From: Rotaria socialis
Lineage: Eukaryota
NCBI GenBank assembly: GCA_905331295.1
Contig: CAJNYD010000322.1
Location: 248,001-312,000 of the forward strand
Direction: 5' to 3'
Length of the DNA: 64,000 nt
Part shown: piece by piece, positions 40,730-54,247 of the stretch
How the letters are laid out: every line of letters starts with the position of its first letter
Numbering within the stretch: the first letter of the stretch is position 1
The notes under the pieces: model-generated
What the model was told of the DNA's origin: nothing
Databases searched by the model: none
What the model saw: only the letters and a program-made list of their open reading frames with translations
Position numbers and translations under genes: made by a program

Positions 40730-42330
40730 TCAATTTTTTCCATCACATGTATCAATTAATTTACAATGACGCTCGTTTGTCATTGCTTGAAGACATTCTA
40801 AAATATTTTTAGCTACAGCATCAATTGTTGGTGGAGCTTTATCCGTGCCCGTTTCTGTTTTGACCCAACCAGGATGACGAAGGGAAAAACAGATTTTTTT
40901 CCTGTCAAGATCTTTACCCATACATATTGTTAACATATTTAATGCTGCCTAGAATAAGAATTGACAACAAAAACACTATATTGCAGAATGAAAACTCACT
41001 TTACTACATTGATAATCATAATCATAATAATAAAGAAGACTTTTCGCTAATTCAAGCGATGAAATAATTGACAAAATATTAACTACTGATGATTGTTTTA
41101 AATCCGGTTGTTTAAGTTGTAATGCAGATTTTTCAAGAAGCGATAAAAAAAGCCTACAAAAAAAAGAGTATTAATAAAACGATTTCAAATCAGCTAAATG
41201 TCTCGCTACCTTAAAATAGATGAAGTACTTAGAATAGTCTATTTGAGATGTAATTTTCAGAAATGTTGTCTTTCATCCGCAATTGTTCTAGAAACGCTAT
41301 CAGTGCCAATGAATATCGAGCTTCTAACTTATTGATAATCCATTTAAATGTCTAACGAGAGTCTCTACATCTTCGTAACTACAGTGTAGGGTGAGTTGGT
41401 AATAATATCTGAATTAGATTGAACATCTACACAGATAGATATTTATTAGAAAAGAATTTGGGTAAAAATTAGACGAAAAATAGATCAAAGAATGACTAAA
41501 ACCAAATAATTTCAATCGGTGTTGATCGCTTTTGGCTTATTGATTTTCCATCATGATATAAGAAAAAAATCTGCAGCCGCTTGTCATCCGCTTCCATTGA
41601 TTATAATCTGAATTAATCTAAAGAATCAAGATCACTTTGATCCATTGATTAATTCTGACTTAAAAAAAACGAGCAAAGGTGTCTGCTTACAATATGTTTT
41701 CAATAATTTTTCAATCAATTGTCATTAAATTGTGACTGTAATTATTTTACGTGAATTGTGGTAAGAAAATGAATCATAGCTATTGATAAAAACACTCACT
41801 CACATACAATTTCATGTTCGAAGTTTTTTCAACTGAAATTCGTTAAATATACTTTAGTAACTTTTCATGGTTCAATAACATTTTGTCGATATGTTTCCAT
41901 CATATCTTTCTCATTGACAGTTGACAAACGTAGCTTAACTGCGACACCTGTATTATTAATTAAATAATTCAGATCTTTCCCATTTAATGTTTGCTTGACT
42001 TATTCAACTACTTTTCTAACGCTTGTGTCGTCGGTAATGTCCATTGATTTAAATAAAATAAAATATCATTTGTATTATATATTCAGAAAATTTGGCTAAC
42101 CAAGTTGAACAGGAATAATTTTTTCTGAATTTTCCTTAGTCACAGCAAATAATTCTTTAATTAAGACAGATGTGTAACTATATGTTTATTTTCAAAATAT
42201 AGGATATTACTTCAGATCGACCACTTTGACAATAGGTAGCAAAGAGATGATCAACTGTAGATGCCAGCAATTGTCTAACGAATCCATAACTGACGCCTCG
42301 ATTAGCTCCAGTAATTACAAAACTTTTCAT
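40730..42330 (-). pseudogene. CsgA/C-factor-like short-chain dehydrogenase pseudogene (copy 1)
   Basis: MKSFVITGANRGVSY (GxxxGxG broken), LNYLINNTGV, YQCSK|AALNML, HPGWVKTE. In-frame stops TAA at 42000-42002 and TGA at 41865-41867. Confidence 0.85.
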
Positions 42331-42559
42331 TTCAATAATTGATTTTCTAAAACAAGCATTCGTTCTTAATTGAAATTAAACAATATCTATTTTTTTCATG
42401 TATATTTTAATTTATAAAATCCCACTTCACATTATACAAAATAGATTTAAAATACGTTTTAAATTTATATAGGAGTTTTATAAAAATGGAAGTACATCAC
42501 ATTTACTACCACTAGTAAAATCAATTAATTTTCCATAATGTTCATTTTTCATACTTGTT

Positions 42560-43194
42560 ATACAGTTAACACTAGTTTTAGCTGCCTCATCCATATTCAA
42601 TAATGCTCTTTTTCCACGCATATCGATTTTAATCTATTGTTAGTGACGACATCGTTGTTAATACCGGTTTGAAGAACATTTCGTTCGCCATTAATATTTT
42701 TTTCTATGCGACGTAAACATGCCTGAATATGACAAATAAAAACGTTTGCGTAAATTAATACTGATAGGAAAAAACAATATTTATATGCATAATTTTATAA
42801 CTCGGCATGGCCCAATAACATTATTTTTGTACGTATCGAGCATATCTTCCTTCAAATCATGGAATTTGAAATTCTGACTTACATCAGTATTACTTATTAA
42901 ACAATTTAGGTTTAGATCGTTTCCTAATGTCTTTCTGACTCCAGCTATTGAGTTTTTAACACTTTCATTATCACAAAGATCTGAAAATGTTTAGATTCCG
43001 ACAGTTTTCTTTTCTCCGCTATCTAGAAACAATAACCAATATATATATTTCCTTAAAATATTAAATGCAATAATTATGGCTTCAGATTTGGGATCATCAC
43101 AATAACCAGCAATAATAAATTCAACATTCGACGAATGTGAGAGCAAATGCTTCATAATGTCTCTATTGCTTCCTGCAGCAAAAACACTTGTCAT
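42560..43194 (-). pseudogene. CsgA-like SDR pseudogene (copy 2, more decayed, 3' truncated)
   Basis: Starts MTSVFAAGSNRD. Exon DLCDNESVKNSIAGVRKTLGNDLNLNCLISNTDV..EDMLDTYKNNVIGPCRVIK aligns with copy 1 DITDDTSVRKVVE*VKQTLNGKDLNYLINNTGV..KDMMETYRQNVIEP*KVTK. The following donor reads TT instead of GT. Confidence 0.7.
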
Positions 43195-45045
43195 TGTAAA
43201 CTGGTAATATTAAAAAAGAAGAATATAAGTTTGATGTTTATACCAATGAGTGTAATGTATGTATACCAGTTTTTTTCTACTATCACTAGTGTAAATCGTT
43301 GAAAGCTGACTTTAACATAATGCGATCAGTCGAAAAGTAAAACTTATTTTCAACTTTGCAAAATAAAACAAACGATACGACTTACAGCCATTCTTTTTAC
43401 AGTGATTTGAGTATTAAATACATCGAGAGCACGTAAAAATATGACCCTCACAATTTTTAGTTATTAAAAATATTGTCCAATACTTTCATGTACTGTAAAG
43501 CAACAGTATATTTATATTAGCGAACAATAATGCGTACTTTTTAAATTCAATCACTGAGCAGAGCGAAGAAAAACGAATCACTGATGTTGAAACCTATTTT
43601 TTCAGTAGCATCGAGCACATACTCACAACACCCATTCTTAAATGAAAATTATAACGACTAGCTCAAATAGTATGACACCTGTTCTTTAGGGAAGAGTAGC
43701 CGTAAGAAATGAGTTTTAATGAGTACTAATAATGAGAATACCAATATAATACTTTCAATGCATCGAGTGAGGTTTTAAAAAAAATTGGATATACTTTGCT
43801 ACGCCGTACAAATGTCACACTAGCTTGATAGACTCCTGCCATTTTTGTTTCATATGGTATTACATACATATCTAATGATGATAGCAATGCGTTATGAAAA
43901 GCTCGTATCCATTATTTAAAAATATTCGCATTGAAGGTATGTCTCACACAAAACTAATTCATTTTTATTTTCATGCTACTTTCAGACAGTAAAACTATTT
44001 ATCAAAGAAAAAAAACTAGGTTTTGAATTAGTTAGTAAGTTTAACTCATCAAAGTGCTAATTGCACAGTACGAGAAGCCAAAAATCTTAATTTTGTTTCT
44101 ATATCGTAAATAGACTACTAATAAAAATGAGTTCGCCATAAAAGAAATGCCAATAATTTTCTTTGAAGCAAGTTAAACTTTGAATATTGATACATTAACA
44201 TAGGAGAAAATCTGCTCGAATCTATTGTCAAGTGATGTTAATATAGTCATTGATTATCTAGAAAAAGTAAACTTAACATTCCATGCTACTGTATAATAAT
44301 ATAAACAGTCAAATAGATTCAAATCAAACAACAATATAAAAGTGTTCCGACCAACACAAGTACATACAGAAAGAACATGTTTCAATTTTGATTATACTAC
44401 ATAAGTATATTTGGACGCACATAGAAATATAACATAACTTTAAAAAGCTTTATCGAAAAAAGGCTAGCATACTAAATTCAGAAGAAATACATCAATCCAA
44501 TTATTTTACAATATTAATTTAAAAAGAAGAATTTTTTTTCTAACGATCCTTCCGTCCTTATCTTTAGACATTACAGTTATTATTTTCTTTCTCAATATAA
44601 CATTACACTAAAACAAAAACAGACGACTGAAGTTTATATTCGAAAATATTATGACTCACTATGTGCTTCATATAAGGCTTATCGTCCATAAAGATATTTA
44701 GATATCTAAGGTTTTCTGTACGCATTTTTAATATACACGTTTAGATTTTTATACGTGAGTAAGCAATAATTAAAATCAGTATATCAAACAAGTCACAGTT
44801 GAAGAACTATTTGACTATGTAAAATGATAAATATCGACAAGTCATCAACAGAAATTGAACGTTGCGTGAAAAATAAAATCATTTTGTAATTCTTTTCATT
44901 GAAACTTGGTTTGAATCCATGCGAAATATTCCTCGTCTTGTGAATAAAAATCAGAGAAATAAAAAGAAAATATATTGTCAGTTTCTATTAATCATAACAA
45001 CAGGTAGGAACAACAAATAGTAGATATTTATATTTTTATGTATAA

Positions 45046-46500
45046 TCATTGATCAAAACGTGTTCTGCGTTTTTCACCACCCATATCAGAATTATTTGAT
45101 GACCCAACACCAAGTTGATCAATCTTTTTAACACCTGGTGTAAAACCAATCTGAAAATAAACTTAATTTATATAAAAACAAATTTATTTTCAAGAACAAA
45201 TCAATATACTTTTGTGCGCTCTTTTCGTTCTTTTTCTCTTCGATCAATTTCAAGTTTTTGTGCTTTACCTAAATAAACCTTATTTTCAAGTCAATTTGAT
45301 TTCAAATAAATAGCTATTCATACTTAGTTCTTCATAATAAGATTCTTTACCCCACCAATGTGGATCATATAATTCCTAAAAAAATATAAGAAAACTTAAG
45401 GATGCAATTTAAAATATAATATACCTGTGGAAAATTTGTTCCTATTTCATCAATGTCCAAGTGTGAAATCATTTTCTCATACATGCTAAAACAAATGAGA
45501 AATAATAATGAAAGAAAAATAAAAATAAAAGAAAGTTAATTTTTCAATACCATGGATTTCGAAAATCTTTTAATTCTTGTATACGGACATTTTGATCAAC
45601 ACCTGTTTTTTTAAATTTTTTATAATATTCTTCAAATTTTTTCTATGCAAAAACAAATGAATAAATATTAGTTTATTTACTGTATTAAAAAATAATTTAC
45701 TTCAAGTCTAGGTGGACAATTTGTATTTGGTTCTGATGGTATACGGATATCAACATCTTCAGGAAATATTAATGGATAATCTAATAAAATAAATGTACAA
45801 TAGAAAAACAGCAAATCATGCTTTAAATCACTTCCAAATGATCTCTTACTAGGCGTTAAATCGTTACGAGACGTTGGTGATGATTCTTCTTGTTTGAACT
45901 ATGAATAAAAAAATTAATTAATAGAATACTAAGATCAGGAATGCATACGGGTGTAACATTCAAAAGGTCAGAAGTAACTATCGTTTGTTCATTGCATGTG
46001 GGTGTTTTAGTTTGAACAAAATCTGATTCTCCAATACGCTGCAATATAACTGGACTATTAGAATTTGAAGGATCATCCTCTGTATATGGTATTTCAATAT
46101 TTTCTTCTTCCTCGTCGTCCGTATGTTCTTCATCGTCGGATTCTGGTTCGTAATTAACCAATGAAGACTTATCTAGTAAATAAAAGAATAAGATTTTATT
46201 TATTTTTATTATGAAAAAAATATTCTTCGATTAGAATTACATACTTTTCGTAAAAGAAGGTTTATGCGTTGTTATAGGCTTTCTAGTGACTGTAGTTAGA
46301 ATAGTTGTTGAATCTGGTGTTGAACTTTTTGATTGCGTCGGTTCATGAATATCTTCATCATCTGAATCCGATATATCTCCACTACCAATACCAATATCAA
46401 GTATAACACTTGATGTTGCTGGTACAGAAGAAGAAGACGATTCATTTGGTGCTAGATCAATATCCATAGAATTATTCGGTGTTATTTCTTCATCAGACAT
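45046..46500 (-). CDS. SAP30BP: SAP30-binding protein (HCNGP family), multi-exon
   Basis: Acidic N-terminus with SLVNYEPESDDEE; IPSEPNTNCPPRLE; KDFRNPCMYEKMI..IDEIGTNFP..YDPH.W..ESYYEEL; ends RRTRFDQ*. Confidence 0.92.
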
Positions 46501-46751
46501 GATATTAGTAAAACTTTCAACTATAATAAGAAACTAATATAATTCGAATACCTTTTTTGCTCTTTTGCTGCAATTACTTCATTCTATTCTATTGCTTATT
46601 TCACAATTCCAATCATATTTTATTCAAAGCGACATCTACTCTGTATCTTTATGGTGGCTAATCATAGACGACGAGTGCGATTGTTGCAATCTGATGGTGC
46701 CCGAATTCATTTATACTTTAATCGTATGATAATACTTTTTAAAGAAAAATA

Positions 46752-49700
46752 ATGGCTCAACATATAATTTCAACTATAGAAACCAAACGACCTCATGCGT
46801 ATGAAAATATGATAAATAGTTTTGACACCGATGGTGATGTGAATGACATTACACTTGAACATCTCTCAAGTCCTGAGTTCAATCGTTAGTTATATATTTA
46901 GTTTTTGTTAGAAATAAAATAAAAGTAATTTCTTTAAAGAAAAAGACGAACGGGATCAAAAAATAAATAGATCAATTGCTAGAAGTTATAGCAAGTAAAA
47001 ATGATTAAATCAATTATTTCCATTTTGCTTTGAACTTGATTTGATTCTAGTCACATTTATGAATCACTTTCATATGATATCCGTCGTCAATCTCAAATAT
47101 CATTAATTAGTGTACAACTACGTAATTTACGTCGAAAATTCAGTGATCGTACCGATGCTATTAAAGAAATTATTCATCAACTACCAGATTATGCAGATAA
47201 TGCCAGTAAGTATAACTAGAAATACTAATTATATTGATTTTAAATTAAAAGTACTATGCTTTGCTTAAGATGGCAGTATTAGTGTACGTGAAGAAAAAGC
47301 GCAAGAGCAACCTCCTATCCGATCAGTATTTGCATCAGATAGCGTAAGTCAAGCTTCAACACCTAGTTTATTGCTAGAAGGCAATGGAATAAAACAACGT
47401 TTACAAAAAATCGTACGCCGTTGTCTACGAAAATCTGGTATTCGAAAACCGATTGATACAGATAGTAAGTTAACCATGAAAATAGATGAAAATATTCTAC
47501 TAATCTGATAAGGTAATGCGCATTTAATTTGGCTGTTATTTGTCGCATTGGCATATCTATATAATTTTATATCGATACCCTTACGTATAGCATTTCCCAT
47601 ATGGAAAAAAGGAGAAACAAATATTTGGTTATGGATGTTAATCGATTATTTATCTGACGTACTTTACTTAATCGATATATTTTTTGTTCAAACAAGAATT
47701 AAATATTTAGAAAATGGTCTTTGGATTGTATGTGAGACAAAAAATTTATCATCATACGTTTCTATTTTGTAATTTTTCCATTGTTTTATTTTGTTTAGAA
47801 AAATTTTCGTTTAACTGCAATGAAATATTTTCATTCACTACCATTCTTATTTGATTGTTTATCGCTTTTACCATTGGATTTTTTTTATTTTCTTTTCGGC
47901 TTTCATGCTATTTTTCGATTATTACGTTTACTTAAAATACGTTCGTTAACAAATTTTTTTCGTTATTGTGATCGTTGGGTACAATCATTTTTTGCTAGTG
48001 TGCGACTTGTCAGAATTCTCGCATTGCTCCTCTATGTTATATTATCGGTACATGTATATGCATGTATTTATTTTCTTTTTTCAAATTATGAAATTCAACA
48101 TGGTGTTGATAATACTTGGGTTTATAAAATAGAACATCAACCACGTATGAGTGCATATTCGTATTCGTTTTATTATTGTTTTAAAATTGCATCTACCATT
48201 GGAAATATTCCAAGTCCGGAAACTGGACTTGAATATTTATTTGTCATTGTTGGATATTTATTTGCACTGTTTATATTTGCCTTATTGATTGGACAAATTC
48301 GTGATGTATTTCAATCAATGAATCAAAGACGCTTAGCATATCAAAATAAAGTTGAACAAGTTATGCAGTATTTAACAAAATTTGAATTACCAAAAACTTT
48401 GCAAGATAGGGTTAGAAATTGGTTTCAGTATAATTGGGAAGATAGAAATACACTAGGTATGAACTATTTATATATGTATATATATGTATATATATATATA
48501 TGAAAAGAATTTTCACATCGACTTAAAATTTATTTCTTGTGAGTAGAAGATGATGATGCAACATTATCATTTTTACCTGCTACCCTTCAAACTGAACTTG
48601 CTATTAGTATTCATTATGATACTTTGTCAAAAGTGAAATTGTTTCAAGTAAGTTATCGTTTTGTTTCTTCCTATGTCTAAATGTTGTGAATATCTATTCA
48701 TCTATGTACAGATTTGATATGTTTTGGTACGTACATCATACAGCTTTAGCTTGACTTTCTCTATATACTATTCTTGTTTTATGATATTAACATATTCTTT
48801 GAAGATGAAAACTAACTAGAATAAGCTGTGTAAAATTAGTTTTAAGATCTAAGATTTGCCGCTCTAAAATAAATAAACTGATCAAAGTATGAATCGGTGA
48901 TGGTACCGGCTCGGTTTGAAAAAATCACAAAATGATCCCATCACTGGCACGAATGATTAGCTAAAATCTGATCATCAAACTGTCAAGGTGGTTTTAGCAT
49001 TAAAATCTAATAAATTCAATTGTAATTTTAGCGTGACAAAAAAAACCCATACTAACTCACATTCATATTTTAGTACTTTGAGAGAAGAACAACATGTAGA
49101 AAATATTCTACGTTTATAGCACATAGCTTGATCATTACAGTTACTAATAGATTTTTCTATTAAGATTGCAAAGTAATTATTTAGATTAAAATCATATGAA
49201 CTTCTAATCACATTAGAAAATAAATGAACCAACATATTTTTAATTAGCACATTTCTACTTATGCTAATCTAATTATAGAAGTAAATTATTTGCAAACCGA
49301 AAACAATGAATACATAAGCTAGTTTGAACTGTGCTTCAGTTGATTAAAAATTTTCTGAAAAAGAATTATGTGCATTCTATTTGCATGATATTCTATGTTG
49401 TGTCGATTACTGATTCTTATACAGAGAGAGAAAAATTATATATCTGTTGATTACTTCAATAGGATTGCGAGAGAGCATTTCTTCATTCATTGGTACTTAA
49501 ATTAAAACCAGCATTATTTTTACCAGGTGATTATATATGTAAAAAGGTAACTATACATATATATTTCTAAAAATGAATGAATCTAAAAATTTCCTAAGGG
49601 TGAAATTGGCCGAGAAATGTATATTGTTAATCATGGAATTCTTGATGTTTTTATTGATGACAAACGTATAGCTGGTCTTGAAGATGGTGCAGTCTTCGGC

Positions 49701-50650
49701 GAAATTAGTTTGCTTGAAGTAGCCGGAGGTAACCGACGTACAGCTGATGTAAGTAGCTTCTTTTTGTTTTCGGTGCGAAGATTTGTAATATTTGATTTTA
49801 TTAAAGGTTATTTCACGCGGTTTTTCAACATTATTTACTTTACATAAAGCAGATTTAAATGAACAATTAAAAGATTTTCCAGAAGCTGGTAAAATTCTTC
49901 GTCGAAAAGCAAAGTACATACAATAGAGAAAAGAATAGATCTAAATAAAATTTCTATCCTTTTATCTATTCAAGGATATTAATGAAAGGATCATCCAAAC
50001 CAGAAGAGGAAGAAGCAGCTCATGATAATGAAGTTGTTCAAGCAGAACCAATTATTGTCGATCATCCACCAAAACCAGATCCTAGACTGCTCGATACGGT
50101 TTTGAAAGTAATTAATTGAAAAACAAAAAAAAGGTGCAATTTCTCATCATTAACATTTTGCGATATTTATCCATAGGCCGTTGGTACGAATTCAAAATTA
50201 GTGGAAGTATTAAACCGACCTCGACCAAGTTGTCTATATGAACCACTTTCAATAAAAGTTCCTGATATTACTATAAGTAAGTATATTACAGTTACTAATT
50301 GAATATTTCTCATCAAATATATAGTAGCAAAACGTAATGAACCAATTCGAACTTCTACTGAAAGTGATCAAAATATAAATCTTGTAATACCAACGTTAAC
50401 AGTAACACCAGTTGATGCAACTACAGCACGAATTCAAACTCTTCGCCAAAGATTGTTTTCAATTCCATTACAGTAATTTTTCAAGTTTTTTCTTTTTTTT
50501 AATACTATTGGACACATCATTGTTACTTTCTTTAGAAATCTACCATCAGCTATGCAATATTTAAACGAAGAGGACGATTTACTGATTAATCGTACGCTAC
50601 CAACATCAGAAACAACTGTAACATTAGTGTTTGATGATGACCTTGTTTAA
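46752..50650 (+). CDS. Cyclic nucleotide-gated channel, beta-type (CNGB/TAX-2-like), multi-exon
   Basis: S1-S6 segments, S4 RLLRLLK, pore [10 protein letters not shown]6 [11 protein letters not shown]-linker, and [38 protein letters not shown]. The pore lacks the alpha-subunit TIGE glutamate. Confidence 0.9.
48895..48946. mobile_element. 52-bp ancient hAT MITE remnant in a CNG intron
   Basis: TIR CGGTGATGGTA / TCCCATCACTG. Flanks GTATGAAT and GCACGAAT look like an 8-bp TSD with two transitions. Confidence 0.5.
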
Positions 50651-53641
50651 ATCGCTTGATTTTTGTTCGTAATTCAACAAAATAGATAAATGTTTAGATT
50701 AGAATGATCTTCATATATGATTTGTTATTAAAACAGTCATTGCAGTTATATGAAACAATGGTAACTTGACAATCATGAGAGTGTTTAGAAAACTTCTTTC
50801 GAAGAAGCGAGTACAGAAAGGAGTGGGATCAATTCATTTTTTCCGTGCCTATTAAAATTTTAATCATGTTTCTCACGTATTAGGAAAGATTTAGATTTTA
50901 AGATGAAAATATATTAATAATCATATATTGTAGCATGCAAAGCTAATTAAACATTTGAATCAATCAGTAATAATGTATTCTAAATTTGTACGTGAAAGAT
51001 CAAACCAGCTAATGCCAAGATTTTTGTTTGTAGATTAATAATTACATTTCGATGAAAATATTTAAAAAGTGTCTCTGTTGTCTTTATTATAAGAATGTTA
51101 CTTATCTCGGCAATGCGTGTTCCTATCCAAACAATAATGCCAATTGTTTTCATTCATTGATTTTTTCTCTCTTCACGGAGTAGACATCAAATTTTCATTT
51201 TTACTATCAAATCTCTTCTACATGAATACTACTAACATTGACGTCCAATATTTTCTTTTGAGAAATGTGTGTTATCATTACTTTTCTAGTAAAACATTTA
51301 TTGAAAATTTTCATAAATCATATTCTAGTTCTACATAATATCAATCTGCAACTTTGTTTGCTAAAAATACATAGGTATCTAATATAAAAAGAAGTTATCA
51401 ACTGCAGCATTCATAAAGAAAAAACGATCATTTATACAATGTGCACAACAAGTTCTTCACTATTAGTTCTGTGAAAATAAGTTTAATTGTTTTAGAACGA
51501 TATTTATACAAACAAGTTCTAACTATTTAAAATTAATCATCTATATTGAGTCTGTAGTTTGTATAGAAGATTACAATTCTTTTCTTGGCGTTTTTCACGA
51601 TGAAAATGAACAGTTAAATCAAAACTTGTCCCATTAGAATATTTGTTCTGTAAAGTATTTGCCTAGTCAATGATTCATCAAATAAATTAAAAAAATCTGA
51701 AAATGAATTGACGATGCGATCTCGTTTCATCAATATTTTCGACCTATCGTTTTCATGAAACACAAAAAGAGATCATTCGTTTGATTTTTTTACATCCAAT
51801 CACTAAATTTAAGATATCTAGAACATTACATGCTTCATTAGTGTGTAGTCGATAATAGAAATCAGCATTGAGAGTGCTTGAAAAAGCAATAAGAGTCATT
51901 CTGTTCGAACTTTATTCATACAAAAAACACTAGGAAATTTTCTTTCGAACGTAGCACTTTTTGATGTTCATTCTATATCAAATATATACATGAATATATT
52001 AGTGCACGATTCGTTTGAATTACTCTCGTAATAGTCGAATGCATGCATCATTTTTATTTCATGAGTTGATATGATAGAATGAAACAGTGTCGAGAATATA
52101 ATTGTAAAAGTAATGCATACAACGAACTTTATTCTTGATGAAAAAAATATGGCATCGTATTCAAACAGAAGAAAAATACTTGTTCGAAAAGGAAAAAATG
52201 TTTTATTGCATTTTCCCCATATTGACATTCGAATAATCTTCAGTAAGTACGAATATAAATTTACATGATTCACAGCATAGAAAATAATAATTGCTTGTAA
52301 CACTCAAATGTGCTTGAGTATATAAAGTAATGGTATATAAAACGAAAATATTTATTTTAAGCTCGTTTCAGTTAAGTCTCAATACAATTTATTATGAAAA
52401 CAATCTAATGTATATCGTTATATATATACAGAAGACTTGCTTTTTTGCCAATATAAAGTCGTAAAGTTTTTAATTGTTATGCAGTTTTCATTACGAGTCT
52501 AAACAAAAATTTATTTTAAAATCATTTGAATTTGATTTGTATATAATAATCAAGTGTTACAAATCAGAACAAAAAATCACATATGTTCTATTTATAGTTA
52601 CGGAGTTTCTTTTTAGTATCGAAGATACATGTTATTGTTAGCAGTAAAAAATCACAAAGTATTTCGTTTATTTTCTTGACAGTGTATCAAGAACGAAAAT
52701 CCTCTTTTTTTATGTTGTCTAATAATCCTATAACTATGCTAATACTTAGTAAAATGTCATCAGCTGAAACAATGAATTATTTATCTAGCGATCAACTTGT
52801 AACTGAATCCATCAAAAAGATTTCATTTCAAAAGTCCAACGTAGAAATATTACATATTTTATCAATAAAAATTTTTGTTCGATTTTTCGAAACGACGTAT
52901 CAAATTTTCATTAGAGTTTCAATATAAAACATCGGTTTCGTGTAATTTCGGAATTGTAGCACGAAAAATTTTTGTTTCTAACTATTAGAAATAATTATCG
53001 GATATATGTACTTGAAATACGTCCGATAACCATTCAAAAACGTTCTATAATATTCAATAAACTAGATAGGTATATCTATGGAAAAATCCTCTACAGTCGA
53101 CTAGTATATAGAAATTCTCAGGGCATAGTATGTTAGCTGCCGTGTGTTAATAAAATAGTAGAGAAATATAGCAACATGTGTAATAGTCTCAAGAGATATT
53201 TCTTCGATTTTGAACTTGTTTTTAAATTTTTTATCTGTAATTTGAAATTTGAGACTTGAATTCAGAGAGTAGTTCCATTTTATTTGGATATCTTTGAACT
53301 CGCTCAAATGTCACCTAGTGATGATATTCAAGAAATTCCTACTTCATACGTCGGAGTATTATTATAAAAATCAAACTTCATGTCTTAATTAACCACTGTC
53401 GGTAGATATTTAATCCAAGCGAATCCTTAATCTGATGTGAATCAACAAACTTAAATATTCATCAAATGCTCTTTTATTCTATTTTTTTTTATAACAATTA
53501 CAATTATACTGCATTGAAACGAGATGAATTTCTTTTAATAAATATATCAAGTTCAATAATATGACCGAAAAAAAAGTGTTATATACAAGTTTGATTTTTA
53601 CGAAGAACTTCATCACAAAGTCTTTTGTATACGCATTGTAT

Positions 53642-54247
53642 TTACATACGATATGGGCCCCGGTTATAATTATCATAATATCCCCATCTCTGTAAAGGTG
53701 CTCCATTGCCATCATAAAATACATCGGATAGAATTCGAATCCAATCTATTAGCCACCATATAACTGATGCTGTAGTAAATATAGCAGTGATGAAACTACT
53801 AATAGAAATATATTTACGTGACTTTGCTTCTCTATTTGCGAATGTAAACGGCCACCCAATACAACATCCTAATGAAATGAGTAACTTAATAATACCAGCT
53901 ACAATATATCCAGCATTTCCTCTTGATAAATAAAACCAATCAATACCGAGTGTACCAACAAAAAATGAAAGAAGAAATGCTGTTAATTTCGATCGTTGCT
54001 GATAAGAACATGCTTCCATATAATGCCATGTAGTATAGCCATAATAACATTGACACATATAGGCTTGACAAAAGCCAAAACCACATTCATTATCATAAGT
54101 ACACCAGCGTCCCCATCGGCGTGCCTGAGCTAAAGAACCTAAATGAACGTTTCCTGGTCTAGGCACAAAGTGTCTTTGTCCACCACTAGTTGCAAAAACC
54201 AGAAGAACGACATTCACAAGAACAGTAAAGTAAATAGTCATGCGCAT
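53642..54247 (-). CDS. TM2-domain protein with signal peptide and 6-Cys EGF-like module; coding region intronless
   Basis: Likely ATG at 54247 after a CAG acceptor. Cys module C-5-C-4-C-4-CxC..C, then YQQRSKLTAFLLSFFVGTLGIDWFYL..GIIKL and WWLIDWIRIL..DGNGAPL. Confidence 0.88.
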   Translation of the reverse strand: MRMTIYFTVLVNVVLLVFATSGGQRHFVPRPGNVHLGSLAQARRWGRWCTYDNECGFGFCQAYMCQCYYGYTTWHYMEACSYQQRSKLTAFLLSFFVGTLGIDWFYLSRGNAGYIVAGIIKLLISLGCCIGWPFTFANREAKSRKYISISSFITAIFTTASVIWWLIDWIRILSDVFYDGNGAPLQRWGYYDNYNRGPYRM

